Shown here: positions 17,409-26,233 of the stretch, in pieces
Numbering within the stretch: the stretch's first letter is position 1
Layout: every line of letters begins with the position of its first letter
IMG/VR virus record: IMGVR_UViG_3300037882_002024
Span: 7,245 to 71,244 of that record
Origin: a virus
Length of the DNA: 64,000 nt
Direction: 5' to 3' (one strand)
The notes under the pieces: model-generated
The model's input: only the letters and a program-made list of their open reading frames with translations
Databases searched by the model: none
Told to the model about the DNA's origin: nothing
Made by a program: the position numbers and the translations under genes

Positions 17409-17457
17409 GGTTGTCGTGTATAAAGACTGCGTCGCTCGTCAATTTCAAAGGTGGTAT

Positions 17458-18603
17458 ATGTTCGCATTGGTGGTTAATGACTTCGCGGCGGTGTTGTTCC
17501 TCGTCTGCTGTGCAGGCCTTGCGTACTTGGCCATTATTGGCGCAGGTGCCAGCAAGGGCGTTCTGGAGCGCTGCGACGCGCACAATGCGTCGTACCAGCA
17601 GTTCCATGATCGGTCCCATAAGGCGCTGCAAGACATCGACAAGCAACTAAAATTTCTTAGTGGCCAAGTGGACCAGTGGCCCGAAGGGGTTTTGGTCGGC
17701 GTTGGCTTACTAGGGCTGCAAGCTGACCTTAGCCGTTGGAGCCAACAGACGTTCGGGACGGACGCCCAGCGCGGCCCCATTGGTGCGCTCAAGCACTTGG
17801 CCAAAGAAGCATTGGAAGCTCTGCAGGCCTACGAGCAAGGCCTCGCAGACAGCGAAGCGCTTGGCGCTGTACACATCGACGAGCAGGGGCGCAAGATACT
17901 CGCAGAAATTGCGCTTGGCAAGTTGTCGTTTGAGCTTGCCGACTGCCTTATCATCTGGCTGGACGCCGTGCGGCGCTGTGGCCTTGACGTGTATCGCATC
18001 TTATCTTTTGCCGAAGAAAAGATGGTAATCAACAAGCAGCGCGAGTGGCCCAAGCCTACTTCACCGACGGAGCCTGTGGAGCATGTGCGCACCGAGGCGG
18101 CGCCTGTCGCGGAACAAGGATACCCAAACTATCCGCCAGCGATGGGCGAGTACCTACGCAGCGTTGGCGGCCTGATAATGAAAAGCATGCGCTGCACGCG
18201 TTGCGGGAAAACTTACGGGTGGTGTCGTCGCATTTACCAGCGCAGCAATGTTAGTCGTGACGGCGACCGTGATGGTTTTGTGCGCCACAAGGCCACCGAA
18301 GTGCAGACGACATGGGTTTTCGATAGTTGCCAAGGGGCGCAATGCACGCTGGCCCCGTATGAGTTCAATTACACATACAAGACGGGCGCCTTGCAAGCCG
18401 CGAGCGACGCAGGCCTTTGTACCATCGACGACATCATGGAAGCGTACCCTGCCCATCGGCCTGTCAGCGAGGCCGAAGACAGAATGCTAAGCGGCCTTGA
18501 CCTTGGCCAAGGTTCGCTCCTGCGAGCGCTCTGGCTGGAGCAAAAACAAGGGACACAAGAGGCCAAGCCACTAAAAGAATTTAGTGAAGAGGCTGCCGCA
18601 TGA
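17458..18603 (+). CDS. TM-anchored protein with DUF550-like (dATP/dGTP pyrophosphohydrolase, MazG-like) domain
   Basis: WSQQTFG...GPIGALKHLAKEALEA...ELADCLIIWLDAVRR...KMVINKQREWP. Confidence 0.7.
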   Translation: MFALVVNDFAAVLFLVCCAGLAYLAIIGAGASKGVLERCDAHNASYQQFHDRSHKALQDIDKQLKFLSGQVDQWPEGVLVGVGLLGLQADLSRWSQQTFGTDAQRGPIGALKHLAKEALEALQAYEQGLADSEALGAVHIDEQGRKILAEIALGKLSFELADCLIIWLDAVRRCGLDVYRILSFAEEKMVINKQREWPKPTSPTEPVEHVRTEAAPVAEQGYPNYPPAMGEYLRSVGGLIMKSMRCTRCGKTYGWCRRIYQRSNVSRDGDRDGFVRHKATEVQTTWVFDSCQGAQCTLAPYEFNYTYKTGALQAASDAGLCTIDDIMEAYPAHRPVSEAEDRMLSGLDLGQGSLLRALWLEQKQGTQEAKPLKEFSEEAAA

Positions 18604-18908
18604 ATGCTGTCGAACGCGCGATCATACTGCTTGGCGAAGGCTTGGGCGCCTTGCCGCTGCGGGCGCGCTGTTATCTGGAGCGGTGCATGCGTCATCATCT
18701 AATGGACGTGTTTAGGCAAGACCTGCCTGCTGACTTGTTTGATGTAGAAGACGAGACGCTGCTAGCTGTGACGCACTATGTGGTCATCGTTGAAGGCTTG
18801 TGGCTGCCGCCGCACCTGCACTATTACGCGCCTGATGTGCAGGCGCTGGATTGGTTTGATTCTTCGTGGAGCTACGACGCGTCGCGTGGTTTAATTTGGC
18901 CACCATGA
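18600..18908 (+). CDS. hypothetical protein
   Basis: ATGA overlap with upstream gene. Confidence 0.5.
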   Translation: MNAVERAIILLGEGLGALPLRARCYLERCMRHHLMDVFRQDLPADLFDVEDETLLAVTHYVVIVEGLWLPPHLHYYAPDVQALDWFDSSWSYDASRGLIWPP

Positions 18909-19168
18909 GAGGCGCGCCGTTCTCATACTCCACGGTCTTACGAGGCATCAACGTGAATAAACTGCATTACATGGTTGTCAAGGATTACCCCGGAAGGTTC
19001 GACCGTATCGTAGCCGCGCTTCTTGCTGACGGTTGGAAGTTACAAGGCGGGGTTAGCGCCGTCGGCGATAGTAACGGAAATGTGCAACAATACGCACAGG
19101 CCTTGGTGATGGAAGTCGCTATCGAGAGCGCTCTGCTGTCAGGAGAAGAGAAGGCACATGGCACGTAA
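18905..19168 (+). CDS. DUF1737-like small protein
   Basis: YMVV...IVAALLADGWKLQGGVS...YAQALV. Confidence 0.6.
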   Translation: MRGAPFSYSTVLRGINVNKLHYMVVKDYPGRFDRIVAALLADGWKLQGGVSAVGDSNGNVQQYAQALVMEVAIESALLSGEEKAHGT

Positions 19169-19436
19169 GAAGCTCAGCGAGTACGCCGTCGAGCATCTGC
19201 GTCAATCGAGCAACCCTGCCGTGATGACAGGGGACGATGGCCTGCTACACGAGATAGCTACCAAGGCAGGCCGCAAGTCGAATCCGGCGATCATGCCGTG
19301 GACCGAGGCAGACAGGATATTCGCAGCCCTCTGGCAGACGCCGGGTGAGCTAGTGCGCGGGTGCACAGTCAACGGTCGCAACCAGCGGGTCAGGATATTA
19401 CGCCTGCCCGAAACCCAAGTGAAGAAAAGGAAGTGA
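19158..19436 (+). CDS. hypothetical protein
   Basis: AGGAG/GAAGG RBS; coupled to neighbours. Confidence 0.55.
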   Translation: MARKKLSEYAVEHLRQSSNPAVMTGDDGLLHEIATKAGRKSNPAIMPWTEADRIFAALWQTPGELVRGCTVNGRNQRVRILRLPETQVKKRK

Positions 19437-19441
19437 GAGTT

Positions 19442-20110
19442 ATGGCACACACAAAAGAGCAGGCCATCGAGTGGCTGACGCAGGCCGTGAAGAGCTTGCG
19501 CGCACAACTGCAGGCATTAGAGCCAGAGGCCATCGAAGAGCGCCAGCCTAAGCGCGGCGACATTGCGCTAGACACGCCAGCGTTCCTGTGCAAGGTGCAA
19601 CTGGTGTTCGTGGAGCGCTTGCGCTTTTTGCTTGAGCAAGGCCACAACATCTTCGGGGCCGAGTACGGGGCTGTGGAGTATGCGGAGAAGTTCATCGAGT
19701 ACGCCATCGGGGACACAGGGCGACTCTACTACGGCATGGCGCCGATGGACTATTCAGCTATCGTGATGAACGAGCTAGGCTACGAGCGCGGCGATGCGAA
19801 GGCTGACAATCACAAGGCGCTGTCGCGGGCGCTTGAGGCTGCGTGTCCTGACATTGTGCCCGGCACAGGCTTTGTGGTGTCGCCAGCACTGTGCGTGATG
19901 AACTCGAAAAGCGGCTGGGTGTTGTGTGCGCGCATCTATCAGGATCGCGACGACGGCGAGCTTGCTCCAGCATCGGCACCGTATGCCGAAGAGGCGCAGC
20001 CCATCGTCTTGGCGCCACTGCCGAGCCTGACGGCGTGGCGCCACATACAGGCCTTCGTGAAGGAAGCCAGCGAAGCCGAAGCGACCCAAGAGAAAGGCGC
20101 AGGCACATGA
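19442..20110 (+). CDS. hypothetical protein
   Basis: AGGAAG RBS; ATG 19442. Confidence 0.6.
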   Translation: MAHTKEQAIEWLTQAVKSLRAQLQALEPEAIEERQPKRGDIALDTPAFLCKVQLVFVERLRFLLEQGHNIFGAEYGAVEYAEKFIEYAIGDTGRLYYGMAPMDYSAIVMNELGYERGDAKADNHKALSRALEAACPDIVPGTGFVVSPALCVMNSKSGWVLCARIYQDRDDGELAPASAPYAEEAQPIVLAPLPSLTAWRHIQAFVKEASEAEATQEKGAGT

Positions 20111-20424
20111 AGCGGCGCGCGCATCATGTCGGGCGGCTGCGCATCCGTGCGGCCGCGATCCTCAACAAGCTCATGCCCGAATGGTATGTGTTGCCGGAAG
20201 ACATTAGGCCCGCCACAGGCCGATGGCGAACGGACTGGACGTTCGATGTGTACCGCTGGGAATTGTATTGTGTACGGCGCAAGCCCGACGGAACGCCGAA
20301 CCACAATTTGCCTGTAGCGGTTGGGTGCTGGAACACGTTGACTCAATTTGTGCGTGAGGCCCCGAGGCTAGGCATGCACGTTGAACACGATGTCATTTAC
20401 TTGGGGAGAACAGGAAATGGATAA
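20107..20424 (+). CDS. hypothetical protein
   Basis: ATGA overlap; Trp-rich. Confidence 0.5.
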   Translation: MKRRAHHVGRLRIRAAAILNKLMPEWYVLPEDIRPATGRWRTDWTFDVYRWELYCVRRKPDGTPNHNLPVAVGCWNTLTQFVREAPRLGMHVEHDVIYLGRTGNG

Positions 20425-20635
20425 CGGGCAACAGGATGTTATTTATGCGGCCTTGTTAGTGGCGGGGTTCGCAGCGCTGGTTTTTTTGGTGTGTGCTTTC
20501 TTGGTCATAGGCAGGGCGATTGACAATATCGACCGAGTGCTTGCTGACCTGTCTAGTGTGCGCAGTAAGCTCGACAATATGGAAGACGCGATACAGGCTA
20601 TTCGCAAGCAGGCTAGCGGCCCGAAATTCCGCTAA
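20417..20635 (+). CDS. small TM plus coiled-coil protein (paralogue A)
   Basis: GGGAG RBS; single TM; ends GPKFR at box 20632. Confidence 0.6.
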   Translation: MDNGQQDVIYAALLVAGFAALVFLVCAFLVIGRAIDNIDRVLADLSSVRSKLDNMEDAIQAIRKQASGPKFR

Positions 20636-20765
20636 AATAATTTAGCGCGACAGACCTTCGTGAAGGAAGCGGAAAATTCTTAGCAAGGAAGATTCATGGG
20701 CTAAGGCGAAAAGCGCGCGCGTTAGCATATTCGCGAATAGCATCAAGAGGGCGCTAGAACCAGAG

Positions 20766-20861
20766 ATGGCCATTACTTGCCAGAAATGCAGCTCCAATGA
20801 TACGTGCGAGTTCGCTTTCGACGACTATAATACAGACGGCGATTGTCTCGCAATTAAGTAG
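20766..20861 (+). CDS. 31-aa Cys-rich peptide
   Basis: MAITCQKCSSNDTCEFAFDDYNTDGDCLAIK, below the ORF-track length cutoff. Confidence 0.35.
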   Translation: MAITCQKCSSNDTCEFAFDDYNTDGDCLAIK

Positions 20862-20879
20862 CCTATGGGAGAGCAAAGG

Positions 20880-21122
20880 ATGGACAGCACAAAGGCCTAC
20901 GAGCAGATTCGGCTTGTGACGATTATGCTGGCGGTGAGTTACGCAGCGCTTGGCGTTGGTGTTGTGTCGATCGTGTTAGCAGGTCGCTACGCACTTGGGC
21001 AGTTGCGCTACATGATCGGTGAATTGCGCCAAGACCTGTGTCATGCGCGAAACCAAATCTGCAAACTGGAAGGCGAGATACAGTTATTCCGCTCGCTGAC
21101 GAACGGCCCGAAATTCCACTAA
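20880..21122 (+). CDS. small TM plus coiled-coil protein (paralogue B)
   Basis: GGGAG RBS; single TM; ends GPKFH at box 21119. Confidence 0.6.
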   Translation: MDSTKAYEQIRLVTIMLAVSYAALGVGVVSIVLAGRYALGQLRYMIGELRQDLCHARNQICKLEGEIQLFRSLTNGPKFH

Positions 21123-21201
21123 AATAATTTAGCGCGACAGCCCCGTGATTGACGCCGCAACGCCAAGCGGCTAGAATCCATGTCGCGCTAAATTATTTTA
21201 C
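21119..21201 (+). promoter_or_regulatory. terminase promoter bracketed by a 20-bp perfect inverted repeat containing two boxes
   Basis: TTGACG(21149)-17-TAGAAT(21172); 21120-21139 is the exact reverse complement of 21181-21200. Confidence 0.85.
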
Positions 21202-21214
21202 TCAGGGAGTACCT

Positions 21215-22063
21215 ATGGCAGCCCACGATATTTTGGACGCGCCCGATGTCGAGAAGGAAGTGCCGGAAGGCATCATCGACGACGGCGTATGCAACGAGTA
21301 TCACGAGAACGGCAAGCGTTGTCGGCGGCGTTGCATGCGTGGGGAGTTCTACTGTAAGACTCATTCTAATGTGCCGCGCAGGCAGCAAAAAACGTATATG
21401 TACTCGAAGCACTTGCCGACGCACTTGCGTAACGCGTACAAGCGCATTGCGGAGTCGGGCGACCTGCTAACGCATCAGCACGATATTGCACTGATGCAAG
21501 TGCGCTGCAATGAGCTAGCAGGGCGCTTGGCCAGTGGGGAGAGTAACGACCGCTGGCACAGTCTGCGCGAACAGTTCGAGCGCTTCCGCAATGCGAATCG
21601 GATGATGGGTTCCCCGGACGAGGCCACGCGCCAGCAGGCAGCGGTAGAGCAGCGTGAGGCTCTGCAGGCCGTTGACCAAATTATTTCGTCAGGCGTCGCT
21701 GATGAAGCTAATTGGGATGACCTGCAAAACGCGATTAGCTTCAAGAGTGAATTGCAAGCCAAGGAGTGGAAGCGCCTGCGTGAGATGCAAGCCGTGGCCA
21801 CTGCTGAGCAGGTGCGCACCCTCGTGTTCGCTATCACCACCAGCGTGCTGCGCAACGTCCCCGACGCGAATCAGCGACGCGCTATCGTGACCGATATTAT
21901 GACGCTGCGCGTGTTCGACGTGTCGATTGCGTCACCGTTTCCCGAAGGCATGACTAACGATGGCCGACAAGGTAAGCCGCCAGCGGACAATCAACGAGAT
22001 TCTCAACCCATCGGAGACGCCCGACCCGCTGGGCAGCCCGATGATGGCGCAGCTACTCAATGA
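21215..22063 (+). CDS. putative terminase small subunit
   Basis: GGGAG RBS; N-terminal Cys/His cluster (C...CRRRC...YCKTH) then helical body; immediately upstream of and overlapping TerL. Confidence 0.55.
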   Translation: MAAHDILDAPDVEKEVPEGIIDDGVCNEYHENGKRCRRRCMRGEFYCKTHSNVPRRQQKTYMYSKHLPTHLRNAYKRIAESGDLLTHQHDIALMQVRCNELAGRLASGESNDRWHSLREQFERFRNANRMMGSPDEATRQQAAVEQREALQAVDQIISSGVADEANWDDLQNAISFKSELQAKEWKRLREMQAVATAEQVRTLVFAITTSVLRNVPDANQRRAIVTDIMTLRVFDVSIASPFPEGMTNDGRQGKPPADNQRDSQPIGDARPAGQPDDGAATQ

Positions 22064-24968
22064 ATTTTGCTCGATGATCGAGCCGCCCAGCGAAGAGCTT
22101 CTGACGCTGCAGAACAAGTACGAGAACAGTTTCTACGAATTTACCAAGGCCATGTGGCCGATCATCGAGCCTGCGGCCCCGTGGGTCGATGGCTATATCG
22201 TGCAGTGCGAGTGTGAGCATTGGGAAGCCGTCCTACGCGGCGACATCAAGAAGCTCATCATCAATCAACCTCCACGGCATGGGAAGCCCGTGGACGAACG
22301 GGCACTCGTCCTGATGGCCAGCGGCCAAAGGAAGATGCTACGAGATGTTGTTGTTGGCGATGCCGTTATCACTCACAAGGGGCGCGCCAAGAAAGTAACA
22401 GCAGTCTATGAGCAAGGTCTGCTGCCTGTGCTGCGCATCATGACGAACGCCGGGCGGGTAGTGCGCGCTGCATATGACCACCCTTTCCTAACGGCAGATG
22501 GATGGAAGCGCGCCGATCAGCTTCGACTTGGTGATTCTCTGGCCGTGGTGTCGATGTACGGCGGCTTTGATAAGTCATCGGACTATATGACCGATTACGA
22601 GTTCCGCTTGGCTGGCTATTTCATCGGCGACGGTGCCACTAAAATATATAAGTCATCGAGCGCTTGTAGCATCACATGCAAAGACGCTGTCGAAGGCGCT
22701 GACCTTATGGCCTGCGCAGCGGCAATGGGCTTTGCGGTCAACCACACGCCGCGCAACTATCGCTATAACTTTTCAGACGGCGCGCGTAGTTGGTTGCATG
22801 CTGTAGGGATTGCTGGCCACGGCTCGTACACCAAGCGCGTTCCCGAATTTGTTTTCCGTGGCAGCAATGACCAAGTAGCGCAGTTTGTTGGGGCCTACTT
22901 TGCGTGTGATGGTTATGTAAGCGCCAAGGGGCGCGGCCGCGAAAAGAGGATGCGAGAGGATTTAGAGTTTAGCTTTTCGAGTGTCAGTCGTGCGCTTCTT
23001 GAGGACGTGCAGCACTTGCTTGCGCGTCTTGGGATCATGATGCGGCTGCGTGCTAAGCGCCAAAAGATGGCCGATGGATCGAGCTACGACAGTTTTTTGT
23101 TGGTTGCCACCAGCCAAGAAGAGGTTGCTAAATTCGCTGATCGTATTCCCGTTCGGCACACAAAAGCTACGCGGCTTGCCAAAGAGAGGTTTCAGCGACA
23201 GCGCTTTAATGAGGCCTTGCACGCAGACAGCATCGTAGTAATTGAGCCGGACGGCGAAGCCGTTTGTCGGTGCCTGTCAGTGGACGACGATCAAACGTTT
23301 ACGGCAAGCGACCTCGTTGTTCACAACAGCATACGCGCAGCGGTAGCGTTCTGCACGTGGACATGGACGCAGAAGCCGCACTACCGCTTCATTTACGCAA
23401 GCTACTCGGACATGCTGGTAAAGCGGGACAGCATCCGCAGCCGCGACGTTATCCTGCATGAGTGGTATCGCAATTTTTGGGGCAACAAATTCCGGCTGAA
23501 ATACGACCGCAACACGCAGCACGTATTCGAGAATACGCAACGAGGCTTCCGCTTTGCCACCACGCCCGGCGGCGTGGCGACAGGGGAAGGCGCCGAGATT
23601 ATCATTGGCGATGACCTTGTGAGCGCCGAGGGGGCACGCAGCAAAGCCGAGAACGAACTCGTGTACCGCTTCTGGACACAGACGCTCGGTAGCCGCGTGA
23701 ACGATCCATCGAACGTGGCGCGCGTGCTTACCATGCAGCGCTTTAACCGTGCTGACATCGCGGGGCGCATGATCGCCGAGGAGCATGGCTACGAAACGCT
23801 CGTGCTTCCCTTCGAGTGCGAGCGTAAGCGCTACTTCCTGCCGACCAAAGAGAATGCTGTTGACAGGCCCCGTGATGCCATCGTGCCGACGAAGTTGCAG
23901 CTAGCCGACCCGGCCTTGATGGATAACCGCAAGGAAGGCGAGCTATTGTGGCCTGAGCGATTTTCGCCTACGGCGGCGAAAGAGTTCAAGCTGAGTATTG
24001 GGGCAGGCGTTCCGGGACAGCTACAGCAGCGTCCTAGCGCTGAAGGCGGCTCGATTGTGCGCTCGGAGCGCTTCCAGCTATGCTACGAGACGTGGATCGA
24101 CGGTGCGCTGCACTTCGTTCTAGGCGAGGCCACCGAAGACACGCGCCCGCGCGTCGTGAAGGCGTCCGATTGCTTTTGGTTTCAGTGCGCTGATACTGCG
24201 CAGACAGCTACGACGAGTAATGACCCGACTGCTATCGGCACGTTCTGCCGCACGCCGTCCGGGGAGTTGATTGTTTACCACATCTTCTGCGAGCATCTGG
24301 AGTATCCGGACCAATGGCCCGCGATGTGTGAGCTACGCGTGGGACGCGCTGCATGGGACCGCTACAACCAGCGCTGGGCAGTGCGCGGGGCTGCGTTCCC
24401 GTGGCCGTGTCCTTTATCGTGGCAGGGCGTCGAGCCGAAGTCTACCGGGGAAAGCCTTATCCAGACAGCCCGGCGCGTCGGGATTGCCTTGCACCGCTTG
24501 AATGTGTACGCAGGCGACAAGCAGCAGCGTGGCGCGCCATTGGTGATGATGTATGAGCAAGGCATGGTATACCACTTGGCGTCCGGCCCGTGGCGCGTGG
24601 ACATGGAAGAACAGATAAGCGAGTTCCCCAATGCAGCCCACGACGACATCTTCGACATCGTGAGCTACGCGGCGATGGAGTGCCAAACGATGGCGCTTAC
24701 CATCTACAAAGGCGACTTGATTTACAACGCTAGCGTTGGCGAAACAATGGCACGCAATGCCGAAGCGAGCGTACCGGACGTGTTTCGCGACCGTGGAAAT
24801 GAGAGGCGTGATCGGTTGGCCGAGCCGGTCAAAGAGGCTGTGGGCGAAGTCGATGAGATTGCAGCTACACTTGCGGCGCTCGAAGCAGGCTACCAGCGTC
24901 AGCAAGTACAGGCCAACGAGCAGACATCGCCGCTTGACGACATCTTGCGTAGGCTGAATGGTGGCTAA
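21960..24968 (+). CDS. terL: terminase large subunit, intein-containing
   Basis: Walker A NQPPRHGK|S split by intein; YASYS, Walker B IIIGDD, VLTMQR, QQRP, nuclease CADTA and FPNAAHDDIFD; start may be ATG 22041. Confidence 0.95.
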   Translation: MADKVSRQRTINEILNPSETPDPLGSPMMAQLLNEFCSMIEPPSEELLTLQNKYENSFYEFTKAMWPIIEPAAPWVDGYIVQCECEHWEAVLRGDIKKLIINQPPRHGKPVDERALVLMASGQRKMLRDVVVGDAVITHKGRAKKVTAVYEQGLLPVLRIMTNAGRVVRAAYDHPFLTADGWKRADQLRLGDSLAVVSMYGGFDKSSDYMTDYEFRLAGYFIGDGATKIYKSSSACSITCKDAVEGADLMACAAAMGFAVNHTPRNYRYNFSDGARSWLHAVGIAGHGSYTKRVPEFVFRGSNDQVAQFVGAYFACDGYVSAKGRGREKRMREDLEFSFSSVSRALLEDVQHLLARLGIMMRLRAKRQKMADGSSYDSFLLVATSQEEVAKFADRIPVRHTKATRLAKERFQRQRFNEALHADSIVVIEPDGEAVCRCLSVDDDQTFTASDLVVHNSIRAAVAFCTWTWTQKPHYRFIYASYSDMLVKRDSIRSRDVILHEWYRNFWGNKFRLKYDRNTQHVFENTQRGFRFATTPGGVATGEGAEIIIGDDLVSAEGARSKAENELVYRFWTQTLGSRVNDPSNVARVLTMQRFNRADIAGRMIAEEHGYETLVLPFECERKRYFLPTKENAVDRPRDAIVPTKLQLADPALMDNRKEGELLWPERFSPTAAKEFKLSIGAGVPGQLQQRPSAEGGSIVRSERFQLCYETWIDGALHFVLGEATEDTRPRVVKASDCFWFQCADTAQTATTSNDPTAIGTFCRTPSGELIVYHIFCEHLEYPDQWPAMCELRVGRAAWDRYNQRWAVRGAAFPWPCPLSWQGVEPKSTGESLIQTARRVGIALHRLNVYAGDKQQRGAPLVMMYEQGMVYHLASGPWRVDMEEQISEFPNAAHDDIFDIVSYAAMECQTMALTIYKGDLIYNASVGETMARNAEASVPDVFRDRGNERRDRLAEPVKEAVGEVDEIAATLAALEAGYQRQQVQANEQTSPLDDILRRLNGG
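22287..23327 (+). mobile_element. 347-aa intein with LAGLIDADG homing endonuclease (class-3-like, Pro start)
   Basis: Begins PVDERALV right after the Walker A Lys; block B AAYDHPF; LAGYFIGDG and FVGAYFACDG; block F CRCLSV; ends VVHN followed by Ser. Confidence 0.92.
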
Positions 24969-24991
24969 AATAATTTAGTAACGAGGGCACT

Positions 24992-25411
24992 ATGACAGAG
25001 CGCATCATCACACAGTACGCGCGTGACGTTTGGATGCAGAACTACGGAAACGAAGCGTCGCTCGCGCTGCTAGAGCAGATTTTTACAAGTGCAGTGCTTG
25101 CGCCGAGCGATGTGCGCAATGTGCTTGAAAGGCCGTATCATATTAGAGGGGCCAGCGTGGTAGTGATGGTCAGCGATGGCTTGCCCGGAATTGCGTTGCT
25201 CGCGCACAAGAGCCGCAAGGGGCGCAGGTTGTTGCTGATGAATATGTTCGACATCGCAGGCGTGCTTGCAACCATCGAACGCGAACGGCAAGATGTGCCG
25301 CGCGAAGGGCATTACAGTAACTACGAGCGTGAATTACGAAGGGCATTCCGTGGAACTAAGAAACGACGAAACGACCACGCGCGTCGCGCTGTGCGACTTG
25401 TGCCAGATTAA
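24992..25411 (+). CDS. hypothetical protein
   Basis: GAGGG RBS after box 24965. Confidence 0.6.
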   Translation: MTERIITQYARDVWMQNYGNEASLALLEQIFTSAVLAPSDVRNVLERPYHIRGASVVVMVSDGLPGIALLAHKSRKGRRLLLMNMFDIAGVLATIERERQDVPREGHYSNYERELRRAFRGTKKRRNDHARRAVRLVPD

Positions 25412-25583
25412 CGCGGCTGCGTTCTACTACAGTCCCAAGAAAATTAACCTTTGCCAGTCGTGCATCAAGCGGCGCGAGCGCAACCCCAAAACAGTGGTCA
25501 ACGTGGGGCGCAGCCGGGGCCGCAACGGGCCGTGCCACTGCGGGAGTGGCAAGAAGTTTAAGCATTGTTGCAAGGGGAAGTAA
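25266..25583 (+). CDS. SEC-C motif protein
   Basis: GRSRGRNGPCHCGSGKKFKHCC plus upstream CDLC/CQSC; real start probably GTG near 25329-25350. Confidence 0.75.
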   Translation: MQPSNANGKMCRAKGITVTTSVNYEGHSVELRNDETTTRVALCDLCQINAAAFYYSPKKINLCQSCIKRRERNPKTVVNVGRSRGRNGPCHCGSGKKFKHCCKGK

Positions 25584-25798
25584 TGACGATGCCGCATCTG
25601 GCCAACTGCGCGCACCAAGGTGATGGATGGTGCCTCGATTGTGTGCGCCCCCTGTATGAGGCACGTTGCGATAGCATCAGCAAAGTGTTGAGCGCCGCGA
25701 CGCTGCTTGCCTTGGTAAATGGTTTCACTCGCGAGCAGGTTGAGCGGCTTACGGTGGCGCAAATTCAAGAGCTACTAACTGAGAGAGGGTTAGCATGA
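25583..25798 (+). CDS. hypothetical protein
   Basis: TAATG coupling; CxH...CxxC. Confidence 0.55.
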   Translation: MTMPHLANCAHQGDGWCLDCVRPLYEARCDSISKVLSAATLLALVNGFTREQVERLTVAQIQELLTERGLA

Positions 25799-26202
25799 AG
25801 AGTGTTCAAGACTTTTGCGCTGCGATGGAGCGCTATCGCGTTAAAGGCGTGGATGGTGAAGACGGCAAAGGCGCGCGCAATGGGTTGTTTCATATCCCGA
25901 TGCAGCTAGGCAAAGACCGCTACAACCTTGTCGTGGTGTGCAGCGACGCAATGCGCTGGATGGAAGACGGCTTGCAAGGCCAGTCTTTCGACCACGTGTC
26001 GATCAGCTTACAGAACAGTCCGCGTTGGCCAACGCACGCCGAGATAAAGATTGCGCGCGACCTTGTGTTTGGCCCCAACGAAGTCGTTGTGCAGTTCCAT
26101 CCGACCAAGGGGCGCACGCCAAGCGCCAAGCTGGTGATTCATTTGTGGTGTGCTTTGAATCCTGACGCTGTTGCCGTTCCTGACCCCAAGGCCGTGAACT
26201 AA
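25795..26202 (+). CDS. conserved phage hypothetical protein (DUF7694-like)
   Basis: FDHVSIS...RWPTHAEI...DLVFGPNEVVVQFHP...HLW pattern. Confidence 0.6.
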   Translation: MKSVQDFCAAMERYRVKGVDGEDGKGARNGLFHIPMQLGKDRYNLVVVCSDAMRWMEDGLQGQSFDHVSISLQNSPRWPTHAEIKIARDLVFGPNEVVVQFHPTKGRTPSAKLVIHLWCALNPDAVAVPDPKAVN

Positions 26203-26233
26203 CACGCGGCTAAAATCTTTTAGTGAGCAGTCG

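Larger units (their letters stand above)
20617..21140 (+). repeat. 37-bp direct repeat (36/37 identical)
   Basis: CGGCCCGAAATTCC(G/A)CTAAAATAATTTAGCGCGACAG at 20617-20653 and 21104-21140. Confidence 0.9.
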
